A stretch of 64,000 nt of DNA from Bigelowiella natans CCMP2755. Its lineage: Eukaryota > Protista > Cercozoa. The translations under genes were made by a program, and so were the position numbers. Positions within the stretch are counted from its first letter, which is position 1. The number at the start of each line of letters is the position of its first letter. The notes under the pieces were generated by a model. The model was not told the DNA's origin, did not search any database, and saw nothing but the letters and a program-made list of their open reading frames with translations. Positions 1 to 17,508 of this stretch are shown here, in pieces. The stretch is from positions 1 to 64,000 of the forward strand of contig ADNK01002106.1 in assembly GCA_000320545.1 (NCBI GenBank), written 5' to 3'.

Positions 1-1146
1 TTTAGCGGTGTGTTTCCCTTTACGTGAGCAGTATCCGCAACGTCGGTTACCTTCCCTGTCCTTGTACCAGTCTCGCTGCGGCTTAATAGCGTTAATGTTT
101 CCTATGCCAGGTACCTTAGGGCTGGTAAACTTGCGGTCCTGCTCCTGCTCGCGTAGGGATATAGCCTGCACTGCTGCCTCCATCGTGGTGTAGCCTTTCT
201 CCGTAACGTAAGTGGATTCCTTTATCTTTAACTTGAACTCTTCAAACCTTGCCTGATCATCACCTGTGTTGTAATTAAAATCATGTAGTTCGTCGATCAT
301 ATCCTGGAAGCGCGTGGCAAAGTCTCTAACAGGTTCTCTCTCATGCTGCATCATTGCTCTGTATTTTCTAATAGCCTGGGGTAGGGAGTTAGCATCCTGT
401 TCATTTACAAAAGCCTTCATTATCGCCTCAACGTCTCGTAGCCCACTAACTGTAGTGTGTATTTTCTCTAGCTGCCTGATCCGGGTCCTGCCTGTCTCGT
501 AAAGGTCCATGGCTTGCTTTATTATAGCTAGCCATTTGAGCTTGTCGTTTTCGGTGGGGTTAGGGGTAAAGTCGCAGAGTATACTCCTAGCGTTCTTCCA
601 CCACCTCCTTGCCTCACCTCTTTTCCCGTTGTATTTCGTTATCATAACCGGTGCTGTTTTAACAGACATGAACTGGGTGTTCCGCTGTACCGGCTGCTGC
701 TGCTTGACGGTGCTCTGGGTCGTCCCCCGCGAGGCGCCCAGACCCCCGTCGTTCCTAAACAAAGCTGCCCACTCTGGAGGTAAGTCTGCTTCGTAATCCA
801 TGATGTCCTGCATGATAGCTGCCCAAACATCATGTGTCTGATACTTGTATTCTATCGATACTTTCAGTTTGGCGTAGTTGCTCGCCCTGGGTCGCAAGGC
901 TCGTAATGCCATTACGACCTTCTTGCTTTCGGCGGCCACGTCCTCGTCGTCCGCCTCGTAGAAGTTCTCCAGTGCCTCTGCTGCTGCATCTGCTTTCTTA
1001 ATCCCGGGTGCTGGTCCCGGCGGTGCCTGTGGAGGTGTTCCTCCTCCTTCCTTAGCGTCCGTATCGCCCTTCCTTTCCTGTTTCTGCTCGTGCCCTTGCA
1101 CGGCCTGCGAGCCAAAGTCCTGCTGTTCTTCTAGCTGCTGTGACAT
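1..1146 (-). CDS. Gag-like ORF of an LTR retrotransposon (probably Ty3/Gypsy-like), running off the left edge
   Basis: Open from ATG 1146 to position 1 (382 codons, missed by the ORF track because there is no stop). Translation: MSQQLEEQQ...KYNGKRGEARRWW...MMQHEREPVRDFATRFQDMIDEL...RRCGYCSRKGKHTAK. The Q-x3-E-x-V-x-DF-x2-RF segment resembles retrotransposon Gag and is followed by a Zn-knuckle-like CxxC...H. No introns, unlike host genes. Confidence 0.8.
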   Translation of the reverse strand, partial: MSQQLEEQQDFGSQAVQGHEQKQERKGDTDAKEGGGTPPQAPPGPAPGIKKADAAAEALENFYEADDEDVAAESKKVVMALRALRPRASNYAKLKVSIEYKYQTHDVWAAIMQDIMDYEADLPPEWAALFRNDGGLGASRGTTQSTVKQQQPVQRNTQFMSVKTAPVMITKYNGKRGEARRWWKNARSILCDFTPNPTENDKLKWLAIIKQAMDLYETGRTRIRQLEKIHTTVSGLRDVEAIMKAFVNEQDANSLPQAIRKYRAMMQHEREPVRDFATRFQDMIDELHDFNYNTGDDQARFEEFKLKIKESTYVTEKGYTTMEAAVQAISLREQEQDRKFTSPKVPGIGNINAIKPQRDWYKDREGNRRCGYCSRKGKHTAK

Positions 1147-1163
1147 TGTTAGTCAAATCGTTT

Positions 1164-1180
1164 CCCGTGTGTGGAAGCCA
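1164..1180 (-). promoter_or_regulatory. Putative primer-binding site (PBS)
   Basis: Minus strand TGGCTTCCACACACGGG; its complement CCCGTGTGTGGAAGCCA resembles a tRNA 3' end (acceptor strand + discriminator + CCA). It lies between the LTR-like segment and gag. Confidence 0.55.
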
Positions 1181-1188
1181 AAGGTTGT

Positions 1189-1457
1189 TGCGCGTAAGGT
1201 GTTCACAGGCCGAGGCGCTACGTGCACAAGTAGGCAGGGGGGGGGAAAGGCACGTTTGCTTCCTTTTGAAGAGTTGTGTTTATTTTTATTAAAGATTATA
1301 TTTTTATTAAATCGTGCACTGCGTAATCATTCGCGAAGCTTTCGCGAATGCCGCCGCACGTGGGGCAGCACACTTCCGGTGTGCTGCCATGAGTCCCGCC
1401 GGAACCCACGTGCCTATGCTGTATTAATATCTACGTTATCTATATTCTATATCCGCA
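1189..1457 (-). repeat. Putative 5' LTR
   Basis: TG...CA termini with TGCG/CGCA short inverted ends, AATAAA signals and internal hairpins. Only one copy is visible. Confidence 0.55.
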
Positions 1458-1642
1458 TGTCACGCAAGTATGGTGGGCTGTTGCCTTGCATCGTTATGCA
1501 TGCGCAGTCATGGCATGTGATGCACACATGCATGAGTGTGTGTGTGTGTGTGTGTGTGTGTGTCATGCATGTGTGCATCACATGCCATGACTGCGCATGC
1601 ATAACGATGCAAGGCAACAGCCCACCATACTTGCGTGACATG
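1456..1642. repeat. Perfect inverted repeat with 80-bp arms around a 27-nt (GT)n loop
   Basis: 1456-1535 is the exact reverse complement of 1563-1642. The same peptide appears in ORFs on both strands of the track. Confidence 0.95.
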
Positions 1643-1705
1643 TGCATGGGCAGCTACATGCTGCTGTGCAGGCGCTATGGACACTGTCATGCCCACACAT
1701 GCACA

Positions 1706-1762
1706 GCTACATCAGGATGACCATTGAAAAAATTTAATTCTTCATTACATCCGTCTCACATG
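1706..1762 (+). repeat. Short dispersed repeat, copy A
   Basis: tcaggatgaccattgaaaaaatttaattcttcattacatccgtctc is similar to 49197-49258 (+) and 57979-58030 (-). Confidence 0.65.
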
Positions 1763-1937
1763 TGTCACATGGAGCTGAAGGTCGCGTAGCTAACCCTCAG
1801 GTGCTCATCTCGCTGCAATTGCACATGACTGTCCTTTCTAGGTAGTGATGGCGGGATGCAACGATTTTGCTATGATGATACTAAAGTAAATTTCATACTA
1901 AAATAAAATGTCGGTGGATCTATATAATTGATCTAAA

Positions 1938-3961
1938 TTATGTAGATTTTGCTGCTGCCTCAGAGAAGTACTCCCCTTTATCCTCAGGAGTTGGCTTGAT
2001 TGTTCTACTACCTGGAACCCATCCGTGGGGGCACACTTCACCGTGCTTATCTGTGAATTGATAACCTGCCGCACAATATAGCCAAAGAGCCAAAGTAAGC
2101 CACGCCAATCACGGTCCACACCACAATAGTGGGTGTGATCTGCGATTAATAGTGGTTCTGTTCCAGCGACAACGATGATGCATGATCTTCATCATAATAA
2201 TGAGAGAATGGCGATATAATGATGATAGTGATGGTGTCTGGAACCAACCATTAATGAGACGTAGCACTTCGTCTGCGTTGCGACCAACCGGAGGATCGTT
2301 CAGTGAGACTGAATAAACATCGCCATCATCATCTTGTACTATTATCGATACCAAGGAGAGTGCAAGATCGAACAAAGTTGAATTGTTGTTTTGGCCTCTC
2401 TTATTGCATTAACGTACTGTGTCGCACGATGCCCTTCGGATCTATTATGAATGTGCCCCTCACATGATGGCCGCTGGGGTGTAAGCAACCTGTGGAAGGG
2501 AAGAAAACGTAAGAAAATGTACACAATGCATAGAAAAACAAGACAAAACAACTTGTTGTCCAAGCTTGCCGATTCGTAGCAAATAAGAGAATGCAGAGCC
2601 CCTCAGATTAGTCAGGAAAATATGAGAAAGTTTTTTGTGCTCGGCGCAAATACGGCATCATATTACCGTAAGCCTCCCCGATTCTATGCGTAAGGTCGGA
2701 CAAGAGAGGATATTGCAACTCCCCAACGCCGCCCTCCTTCCTGATATTGAACGACGACGATGGTGATGATGATGATGATGATGATGATGACAATACATCA
2801 AAGATGGCTAAAAGCCATGAGCAGCATTTGAAAGAAATTCTAGCTACCGGGGAGTCTTCATCCACTGTAAGTGTGTGAATTCCGAGTCGATGGATACGCC
2901 TACCACGGCTGCACCGAGCTTCTTAAATTCTGCCATTCTAAAAGGGAGGGTGGAAGGAAAGCGTGAGAATTCTTGTTCTCTCCCTCATTTCTTTATATTC
3001 CTCGTATTCAATACATTATGCGTAGCGATTCTCAGTAAACTTAGCACTAAGAAAAAAATCAAAATTGGGGATCATGTTGGTAGCATCCTCATCATCATCA
3101 CTATCATCATCATCATCATCATCATCATTATGAGCAACAACTACAGCAACACTGCATCACTACTTGTCGGAGAAGGCAGTCAGTTCTGTCGGACAGACAA
3201 ATGTGAAATCTAGAGGGTAGAAGATGAGAACAAGCCTGATGGAGGAGGGGGGAGACGATTGGATCTTAGAATAGAAAGATAACTGAACGGGATCATCTTT
3301 CGGAGAAATAATGAGTGTAATACCACTGTCCTTTGAAGTCTTCGAGACTAACATCCTTAAAACTGCCTAAGGTTGGCGCGTACATAGACATCAAGAGAAT
3401 TTTCGTCAGTCTTACATATATACGTCAAACCGTGAGGAATAGAGGAGACATCAAAGGTCGAAAGTATATCTTCATCATCGAAAGATTTCGTTCTGTGGGT
3501 GTTTTCACAAGCTACGGAGTGTTTTACCATCTGGCATTGCCGCTTTGCCAGAAAAGCTTGGAGCGGGAAGCGTGACCTGAGCAGGCTTGGTATGCTCAGG
3601 CCAACTAGTTCCTCCCTTTAAGTTCACTAGGATATCTTCTGACTTTCGTTGCCGCTTCAGCATGAGAGGGGCCTGAAATCTCGCATCGGTGCCCTGAGGA
3701 TAGCCATTCTCATCGAGGTATGACACAAAGCAGGAGGTGAAGTTTTCATGTGTGGTTTGCATGCACCTAAACAAAGGCAAAACGTGTCGGTTTTGGTATT
3801 ACATCCGCTGTGATCGTCGCTGCTGTGCCTAGGGCGTGGTCGGGACCGATGTTAGATCTGACTGAAGATACGATGAGGATCCCAACCGCCACAGCTACGA
3901 TCACGCATTTTGGGGTTACCTGAGGCAGACGTAACAGAACAGAGTACATTAAACGATGCAA
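1938..3961 (-). CDS. Typical 2-Cys peroxiredoxin (AhpC/Prx1), multi-exon, probable N-terminal targeting extension; 5' end uncertain
   Basis: Spliced exons give [45 protein letters not shown] (peroxidatic Cys), [73 protein letters not shown] (resolving Cys), GEYF. Stop TAA at 1938-1940. Confidence 0.93.
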
Positions 3962-4860
3962 TGTAGTATATTACGGATTGTAGGAAATAAGATTCTCAAA
4001 GAGTAGAGTCAGATTACTAAAAAATGGGACTTCATTTGTTTCGGCTTGAATGTTTGACATAATCCATCCAGCGACTAGCCTCCCCCCCACTTCCTTGGGC
4101 ATCTCTCTTTCTCTCTTTCTCTCTTTATGCTTCTTTTTCTTTCAATTCGGTGTCGCATTTCTGATCAGCGTAGCGTCATTTTCTAAAGACACCGCGCATG
4201 AGGATACAATCGAATGCGGTAATAATGTAGATGCAGGATTACAATGACGCCCAGTGCCTTTTGGGCGCCACCAAAAGAACCACAACTTGGGGTTTGAATT
4301 GGCCACGCACAACCCCTTTCGCCTGTGGGGTGCGAAGGCGAGCGGGGGATCGCAGACCAATGCAGGTGTACAGGAGAACGTCAATTCGAAGCGCTCAGTA
4401 AGTTTTAATCATCACCCTCTACAAGGCAGACGACCGCTCACACAGTGAGCAAGCATCGCCGGGTAGCAATTCACGTATGTTCGGCGCATGGCGAATTCCA
4501 TATGCACAAACGTCTAAAACTCAGCATCATGTATCCATGACCTGGTGAAGACGCTCGCGGTGTTGCGGCAGTAGGGGAGCCATTACGGCTTGCGGGATAA
4601 ACTTTGTTTCCTAAAAAAAAAACAGGAGATTTTTGGTCTGCGTCATGAATATTTCCAGCAAAATGGATGTTTCCTGACAAGTGATGGAATTCTCGAGAAT
4701 TCGATTCGCTCGTCGTGTGGATGTAGCCTTCAGGAAGTTCCTTCTTGGAGTGGATGCTCTGCGTCGACGCCACATTGCTGCTAGCCACATTGCTGCATTG
4801 TTGTCAGAACACCAATCTCAAATTCCTCCTGGTTGCTCCAGTTAGACCTCACTAAAGCTA

Positions 4861-5640
4861 GTTCGAGACACTCTAGCACTGCGTTTCGCACACTGCTGCA
4901 AACGTCTTGGAACACTTTGGAAGCATTGTTTCATTGTTTCATTGTGTGTCTGTTCACATGTGCATTTGTTGAACTGCTTGATTTGAGGAACCAGTGCAGC
5001 CTAGCAGCACCTGTTTGATCGATGACGTGGCGCCACTTTCATTCACGCGGGCGTGTGTGGAGTGCCACTTGGCAGGACCCACACCGAGAAGCTCACCCGG
5101 AGCGAGTGGGACGTCACGTCCATGATGTTCTCTGGTTCTGGCCAAAGCCAGCAAGTGCTAGAGTGGTTGCTTGCGGTGCTCGATTCGAAACGATCGCTGA
5201 AATCGCGAGTGGTTGCAATGTGTGCGAGGCCAGGAGGGGCAAGCACACACAATCAGACGTCTTTCCCACGCTTTGATGATCAAGGCAAGCCCTTTTGCCG
5301 AATCGAACGCACAGCACCAGAGCACGTGCACGTGTGGTGTGAGTCTGTTCGAGATGCTGGCGCACGCTGGCACGCGCGCGGCGGACGCAATCTCAGTCGG
5401 TCTGCACGTGAGGAGGCACAAGTGAGGCAGGTCAGAACAAACGCTTTCGCTGCGACGCGGACACAGCTAGACAGCATTTGCATCCATTTGACACACGTCT
5501 TCTTGCTGGACAGTCGTGTTGCCAACGAACAAGCACATGCCAGTGTGTGCAGGAAGAGCGCCGAACATGATGTGAAAATGTTGTCAAATGTGATTTGCGC
5601 CACGCTAGCACGATGTGACTCGATGTTAGCTGTTTGCACA
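4861..5640. pseudogene. Degenerate TpA-depleted relic (decayed gene or mobile element, identity unknown)
   Basis: Manual count gives 6 TA dinucleotides in 780 bp (5 CTAG, 1 TTAG). CA/TG-rich with CpG retained. ORFs on both strands are Cys/His-rich with no recognisable domain. Confidence 0.4.
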
Positions 5641-5836
5641 ACAATTGCTGGACTTCTCTAAACCGATCTGATGACATCACCACAGAGTACATTATTGCGT
5701 TGGTGTTGAATTCCTGCACAAACATGCGCAACACTGCTAAGCATTATTTTTTACTGCATCGCTGCCTTACTAGCTTAGCTGCTGCTGTTTTTGTGACTGC
5801 CAAAAATGTGAGACAAGAACCCTAAAATTGTCAATG

Positions 5837-10474
<4,638 letters not shown>

Positions 10475-10868
10475 GGAAGAGGAAGGAAGGAACGGGGAGG
10501 AGGGAGTTCTGGTCAAGTGTATCCCAGATAAACTCGAGTTATTGGGGAATTCCCGAGAATTCCTCGAGAATTGGCCTGTAATTTATACCTGCGTCACGAA
10601 CACACACCATACGTCCGTGAGCATTTCCGAGGAGCTAGATTCTTCTTATTCAAAGTTTATGAAGGAGATTTGAACACATGCGACAGGCAATTTTGGATTC
10701 CGACGCAATTAAAAACGCAAGACCTTCGGGCACAGGTCGAGCAAGCAAGGTTTACCCTCCCCCCCCCTTTCCCCGATCCCTTTCCTACGGATTGCCGCGG
10801 AAAATTTAGATATTGAATGATTCTATTCGTTTTCGCTTTGAATTAAAACCCCCAACCCGTACATTAGA

Positions 10869-12371
10869 ATGCCTCCTGGATCTGAGAAGACTGGTGCTGC
10901 TGCTGCTGCTTCTGTGCGTGGAATGCTGGACCCGGCATCTGATGGTCAGCGTTTATCAAAGCTTTCGCCGGCGTGTGCCTTAAAACGAACACAAAAACGT
11001 GCTAACAGTGTAGATTACGTGCATGTTCGAAGTCGTTCTTAGCTTGACCCCCCCTGACGACATCGTCGCTGTCTTCGTGTTGATGATGGCCAGGCACGGC
11101 AGCATTCCTGTCTCTGCATACCGAGCTACCCATAGCATGGCGACTAGATATCGTACCGTTTGCGATTGCTTATCTTCTCCTCGGCTACGTGTACTTCTTT
11201 TGCTATCCGGAGGGTGGTTCCAGGTACCGAACAACACGAACGAAGAACATCGCGAAGCAATGTAATATAATTTCATCCCGTAATCAGTTACTACCCGGAC
11301 AGTAACCTGGGCAGTGTCAATGCTACACAAACCGCTGAGAATGCGACGGCGTTGGGAGTAGGAGATGGAGAAGCGATGGGAATTCCCACGCAAATCGCCG
11401 TGGATCCCGACGCAACTGTGAGAAACACGATAATTAGAACAGTTTTCCAAAGCTCCTCCCCGTGCCGTGCATGCCACTCTGATACATCTATTCTTGCGCA
11501 ACTGAGCGTGTAACTTGCTGCACCAGGATCTCAGCTTCATTGCATTCTGTCTCTTCCCCATTCTGGGTAAGTACTACATGAAGTAGCGATGATAGCTTTC
11601 TATCATCGCAGCTCATCCTCTTAACGATTTCTTGTTCCTATCAGCAATTATACACCTTGGGACCCTATTTGCCTCGTACTGGTCAATCACCGTGCGATGT
11701 TTTCTCCAGTAAGAATAAACAGTTTTTTCACCAACGTATCACAATCATCAAAATAGTTAATGTTGGCTTGGATACCAGGTATAGGACCGAGGCCAGCTTT
11801 AATCCAGAGAAGGACTATTTTCCGAAGAAAAAAGTATTTGTGAGGGCGATGCCAAAACCCCATTGCGGAGCTGGCAAGGTATTTTTTCTTCAATAGAGCA
11901 GTAAATACTCTTGAAGAAGGATCTCAGGAATGCGTTCTAACACCACCAACGACGAGAGAAAATGGCGACTACGATGTCCTGATTTCGATCCAGGCTTTGA
12001 CTATCTGAGACATAGTACTTACTTCTACTTTCTTCTCCTGCGCTGTGATGCAAATGATCAGATGTGCCCCGTCCGTCGATTCGAGCGTCACACTTTTTTC
12101 ATGTGAGGAGCTCATGCTTACTGCCGCTTGCTGCACGTGATTGTTGACCTCGACAACGACGAAGAATAATGAGAATGACGATCTAATGTTATTGTGTGAT
12201 AAGTCGCCTGAGATTCAAAACCATGTCCCTCGATTGATCTCCTGCTTGTTTGATAAATGCTGACGTGTTGAAAAACAGCGCCTGCACTACAGAAATCAGT
12301 CCGATTGTTTCGGATTAGAAGAGACATCGCTGTTGGGCAACGTTCTCATGGAACGTCCCATTATGACCATG

Positions 12372-12409
<38 letters not shown>

Positions 12410-13499
12410 CTTCTGCATTTCTGAACCGGTATGTTCGTCTCCGCAGCTTCCAACAGTCGAAGTACGTGTATGACCCGAAACGGGGCTTGTTCTCCGCGCT
12501 GCGATACCCCGTTGATAGCCCCGTGAGCGCGTATGTTGGGAGCAAGGGACTCGAGACAGGAAGTCAATTATCAGCAGGTTCTTCTATTGATCATACTCTA
12601 CAGCCGTAGCCAATCAAAATTGAGATTCGTCTCATCTTCCATCCTCCGCTATCCCCGGCACACATCCCACCCTCATCATTTGATGTATTCTTAATTTTAA
12701 TAATTTGTGGTGGTTGGCTGGCAGCGAGAGGCAAGTTCCCTCCCAACGAGTTTGATATTCCTCTGCCAAGCTTCGAGGTAGTAGAAGCTGTTGTTGTTGC
12801 TGCTGCTGCTGCTGCTGGCCTATGAACAACATCAACAACGATGGGCGACCACCGGTTTCCTATATCGTGATATTTCACCATCGTTGGGAATACGTATATC
12901 TTGATTGTGACGACTACAGTTGACCGTGGTGATCGGTATTATCAAATCAGGAATTATTCAAAGAGCACGCACTGGCCCCGTTCTTCGTGTTCCAAGTGAT
13001 AGAAGAAGAAGAAGAAGATGATGATAATGATAATGATGATAAGACGGCTCCTCCTCCTCCTTCCCTCCATCCATACTTTGCTGGCGGTGTACGAAATTAC
13101 AGCGCTACCATTATCAACATATACCATTTATTCCTTTACATTAATAAATACATAATGTTAATGTTTCACCTTGGTCAGGTCTTCTGCGTAGGGTTGTGGT
13201 GCTTGGACGAATACTGGTATTATTCCGTCATTACTCTGGTTATGCTCTTCATCTTCGAGAAGCAGGTTGTGTTATGGGAGGAGGAGGAGGAGGAGGAGGA
13301 GAGGGGGAGGGAAGGGAGAGTAAAAATAAGAATAAGAAGAATAAGAAGCTCATGCTCACCCAGTGTCCCCGAATTGCCTTAACTGTTCTTTTTGGACTTT
13401 GATTTTGTCGTTACTACATCCGAAAAAGGTGGTCAATCGTCGAATCGATAACCTCCAGAAGCTGCGCGACATGAGAACGCCTCCGTTTCAAATTATGGT

Positions 13500-13530
<31 letters not shown>

Positions 13531-13538
13531 TATGTATA

Positions 13539-13582
<44 letters not shown>

Positions 13583-16500
13583 GGTGTGTGTATTTGCGTG
13601 TTTACATTTATGCAATATTGAATAAAAAGAAGGAAAGATGGGTGAGGGCTGCTTATATCCTCCTTGTTCCGTGATTCGTCTTTCTCCTACTGCTTCTTCT
13701 TCTTCCTCCTCCTCTTCAATTATCATCGGTTTCCTTCCCCCACAAATTATGTCACTACAGCATCATACGATGTTCTAATCTGGACGATGACTCCCTCCTC
13801 CTCCTCCTCCTCCTCCTCCTTCTTCTCCTATTAACAAACGCAGGCGTTCAGATCAGGGGCGTGGAAATGTCTATATACATTCGACCTTCTCCCTGGGGAT
13901 TTGATAGAGCTACTACCAAGCACTGGGGGAGAGGTAACCAGCGCAGCCAGTTTGATGGCCGACACAGTCCTCTTTATTGTTATGCCAAATTCCGACACGC
14001 CATCATCACGTTTTTTTCCCCATTACACTGAATGAGAAGACATCGATAAGAACTCGATACTGCAGCTGTGAGCTCATCGGTTTTTCTGTAACCGTCATTT
14101 TGGTGCGACACGATGATGATTTGATAAAGCGATCTCCTTCTATCCCCCCCCCTTCCCCCCCCCCCCCCACCTTCACCCCAAACACCGTCTCAAAAGGGAA
14201 CCTGCCCTTGCGACTGTGTGCTACTGAGCGGGACGTGTGTTGTGAATGAAGCAATGCTCACCGGGGAAAGTGTGCCACAAGTGAAGGAACCTCTGGTGAG
14301 GACGTAAAAGAATAATAATGACAATAATAATAATAATAAATAATAGAACGCTGACCATGAAAGGAGAGGGGGAGGCGGTTCGCGTGCTCAACGCTAGTGC
14401 CAACCACAACAAACGCAATTTAATTATCAGGTGGCTCGCAATGGCAGTGATAGCAGCGGCGCCGGAGGAGAGGAAAGGCTGTCCATCGACAAGAAACACA
14501 AGAGGCACATAATCTTCGGAGGAACTAAGATCATACTCACGGATAAGACCGGAGGGAGTGGCAGCGCCGTTGCTCCTGTCCCCACCGCGCTGATGAAGAA
14601 GAAGAAGAAGAAGACACCTGCTACCGGAGCAGCCGCTGCCGCAGCAGCAGCAACACCGGTGGTTTTCAAGGTGAAACCGAGGCCGATGAAGGAGAAGCCG
14701 TGCATAGCGTACGTGCTGCGAACAGGCTTCGGCACGGCTCAGGGGAATCTCGTCAGGACGATACTGTTCTCCACTGAGCGAGTCTCGGTTAACAACACGG
14801 AGAGCCTCCTCTTCATCCTATTCCTGCTGGTCTTCGCCGTCATTGCCTCCGCGTACGTCCTCGTCAAGGGCCTGGAGGACGAAACGCGGTCGCGGTACAA
14901 GCTGATCTTGAATTGCATCATGATCGTCACGTCGGTCGTTCCACCCGAGCTGCCGATGGAGCTCTCGCTGGCCGTGAACACGTCCCTTTTCGAGCTTTTC
15001 AAGCTGGATGTCTTCTGCACAGAGCCGTTTCGCATCCCCCTCGGGGGGGCGGTGGACGTCTGCTGCTTCGACAAGACCGGGACGCTCACCTCAGAGCAGT
15101 TCCTCGTCGAGGGCGTTACCGAGACTAAGGCGATGATGACGATGATGGCGGCGAATAATGGCAGTGCAGCACCAGCGGCGGCGGGAGCAGAAAAGCAGCC
15201 CGAGGAGAAGAAGACTGATGACGCTTCTCCTCTGGATGCTGCCGCCGAGGCGAAAGTGCCCGCCATCCTTGACCCCATGAACTTGCGCAGAGAGCAGCAG
15301 CTTGTCCTCGCCGGGTGCCACTCTATCGTGCAAATGCCTGGAGGAGGAGGAGGAGGAGGAGGAGGAGGAGGGGGCAGGGCAGCGAGCCGCGCTGGGAGCT
15401 ATGGCGGCGGCAGCTTGCTCGGCGATCCTATGGAAATCGCGGCGTTCGAGGCGATGGGGTGGAGCATGAACAAAAGCGGAGCGGCGATATCCCGGGGCCG
15501 CGAAGAGAGCGTGAAGGTGTTCCGCAAGTTTCCCTTCTCCTCCGAGCTGCAGCGTATGGCCACGATCGTCCTCGCCGAGAGGTCAATGGAGTACTGGATC
15601 ACGGCCAAGGGTTCCCCGGAGCGCATGGGCCCGCAGTACGCCACCCTCCCCAACGGCTACGAGGACGCACACCGCCACTTCTCCTCGCAGGGGTACCGCG
15701 TGCTCGCACTGGGGTACCGCCGCGTTGGGAAGGCGTCCTCCGAGTGCAGCCGTTCGGTGAGGAAAATGGGCAGGGCGGACGTGGAGAAGGATCTGGTGTT
15801 CGGGGGCTTCCTCCTGCTGCGCACCGCGCTGAAGCGGTACAGCCTGGATACGGTGAAGGCGCTCAAGGGCTCCTCGCACAACGTGGTGATGATCACGGGC
15901 GATCACACGCTCACCGCCTGCTACGTTGCTTCGGAGGTTGGAATCTCCACGCATAAGTACCCCAGCGAGTCTTTAGTGCTTACTGCAGTCTCGACTTCGA
16001 CGGCGACGAATGATGGCGAAAGCGATAGAACATCAGCCGATACCAAGGGGGAGGGAGGAAGGGAGATGAAGGAAAAGGCGTCTGGGTCTGCAGCAGCCCC
16101 ACCGGCTTCGTCGTCGTCATCACCGTTTAAATTTGAGTGGGTGAGTGTTGACAGGCACACGCGCATCACATACGACCCCGAGCAGACGGCGTCTCTGGCG
16201 AGGAAATTCGACTTGTGCGTCTCTGGCTTCGTTGTGGAGAAGATGCTAGAGCAGGAAGGCATGGCCTACATCGAGGGATCCATCCGCTTCATCAAGGTCT
16301 TTGCGCGATTTTCCCCCTCCCAGAAGGAGCTCGTCCTGCTCTCTCTGAAGGGTCATGGGCTGACGACGTTGATGTGTGGTGACGGCACCAACGACGTCGG
16401 GGCGCTGAAGCAGGCCCACGTTGGCGTGGCACTTATCTCCAGCAGCAACCTCATTCCGCTCTCATCAATCCAACAAGGGCATCACCAAAATCATCAAAAT

Positions 16501-17508
16501 AGGAAACAGCCATTCTCTTCGTCCTCCTCATCTGAATTGAGGAGAAGAGGCTCGGCTCGAGCTGGCAAGATTCACCCGAGGGCAAGGGGCCGGAAGCAAC
16601 CGGGCGCGGTGCCCCCGCCCCAAATCACTCCGGCAGAAACTGGCGCGGGTAGAGGCGGTGGAGGCATGCGGGAGGAAAAGAAGGTTAAGGTGTTCGGCAT
16701 GGAGCTGGATCTGGAGGAGGAGCAGGAGCTCGGAATAATACGACTCGGCGACGCATCGATCGCCGCCCCCTTCACGTCAAAGCGGCCCTATGTGAGTGCG
16801 GTTGCGCACATCATCCGGCAGGGTCGCTGTGCCCTGGTGACTACGTATCAGATGTTCCGGATCCTCGCCCTCAACTGCCTCGTGTCCGCGTACAGCATGA
16901 GCGTGCTCTATCTCGACGGCGTCAAGTATGGTGATACGCAGATGACGGTCGCCTCGCTGGCCATAACGCTGTTCTTCTTCTTCATCTCTCGATCCACGCC
17001 GCTCAAGCAGCTCTCCGCCGAGCGCCCGGCAGCGCGGCTATTCGAGGTTGGGTTCTTCGTGGAGATCATGGGTCAGTTTGCCGTGCACATGGTGACGCTG
17101 CTGACGGCGGTGGCATGGGCAATGCCGCACACGCCGCGCGATAAAGAGACGCTGGACCCCGACGGGTTGTTCAAGCCGAACGTGCTCAATACCGTTGTTT
17201 TCCTGATATCTACGTCGATGACGGTCGCCACCTTCCTTGCCAACTACCGCGGCCACCCGTTTATGATATCTCTCCGTGAGAACAAGCTGCTCCTCTACTC
17301 GCTGCTTTCGACAGAGCTGTTGCTTTTGGTGTGTGCGCTCGACTTCCTCCGCCCCCTCAACTACCTTATGGAGCTTGCCCCTATGCCCACGGTGCAGTTT
17401 GGTCTTAGCATCTTCGGCCTGATGGTTGCCGATCTGACCGTCGCGGTGGGATTCACATGGGCTGTGCGAGGCGCCTTCGCAAATGTACCACGGCCGTCTG
17501 ATCGATAA
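10869..17508 (+). CDS. ATP13A1: P5A-type ATPase (ATP13A1/Spf1 orthologue)
   Basis: 5' exons: [61 protein letters not shown]. Terminal exon 14431-17508: [52 protein letters not shown]. Confidence 0.95.

Larger units (their letters stand above)
1..1457 (-). mobile_element. 5' portion of an LTR retrotransposon (LTR + PBS + gag)
   Basis: On the minus strand a ~270-bp segment starts TGCGG (1457) and ends CGCGCA (1189) and contains AATAAA motifs. A TGG-initiated PBS-like tract and the gag ATG follow. The second LTR and pol lie outside the window. Confidence 0.7.

Noticed and set aside
1169-1720. 183-aa ORF and its antisense twin
   Set aside because: They arise from the LTR, palindrome and (GT)n loop and are not protein-like.
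4954-5734. Many overlapping ORFs on both strands
   Set aside because: Expected when TA loss removes TAA/TAG stops; no motifs found.
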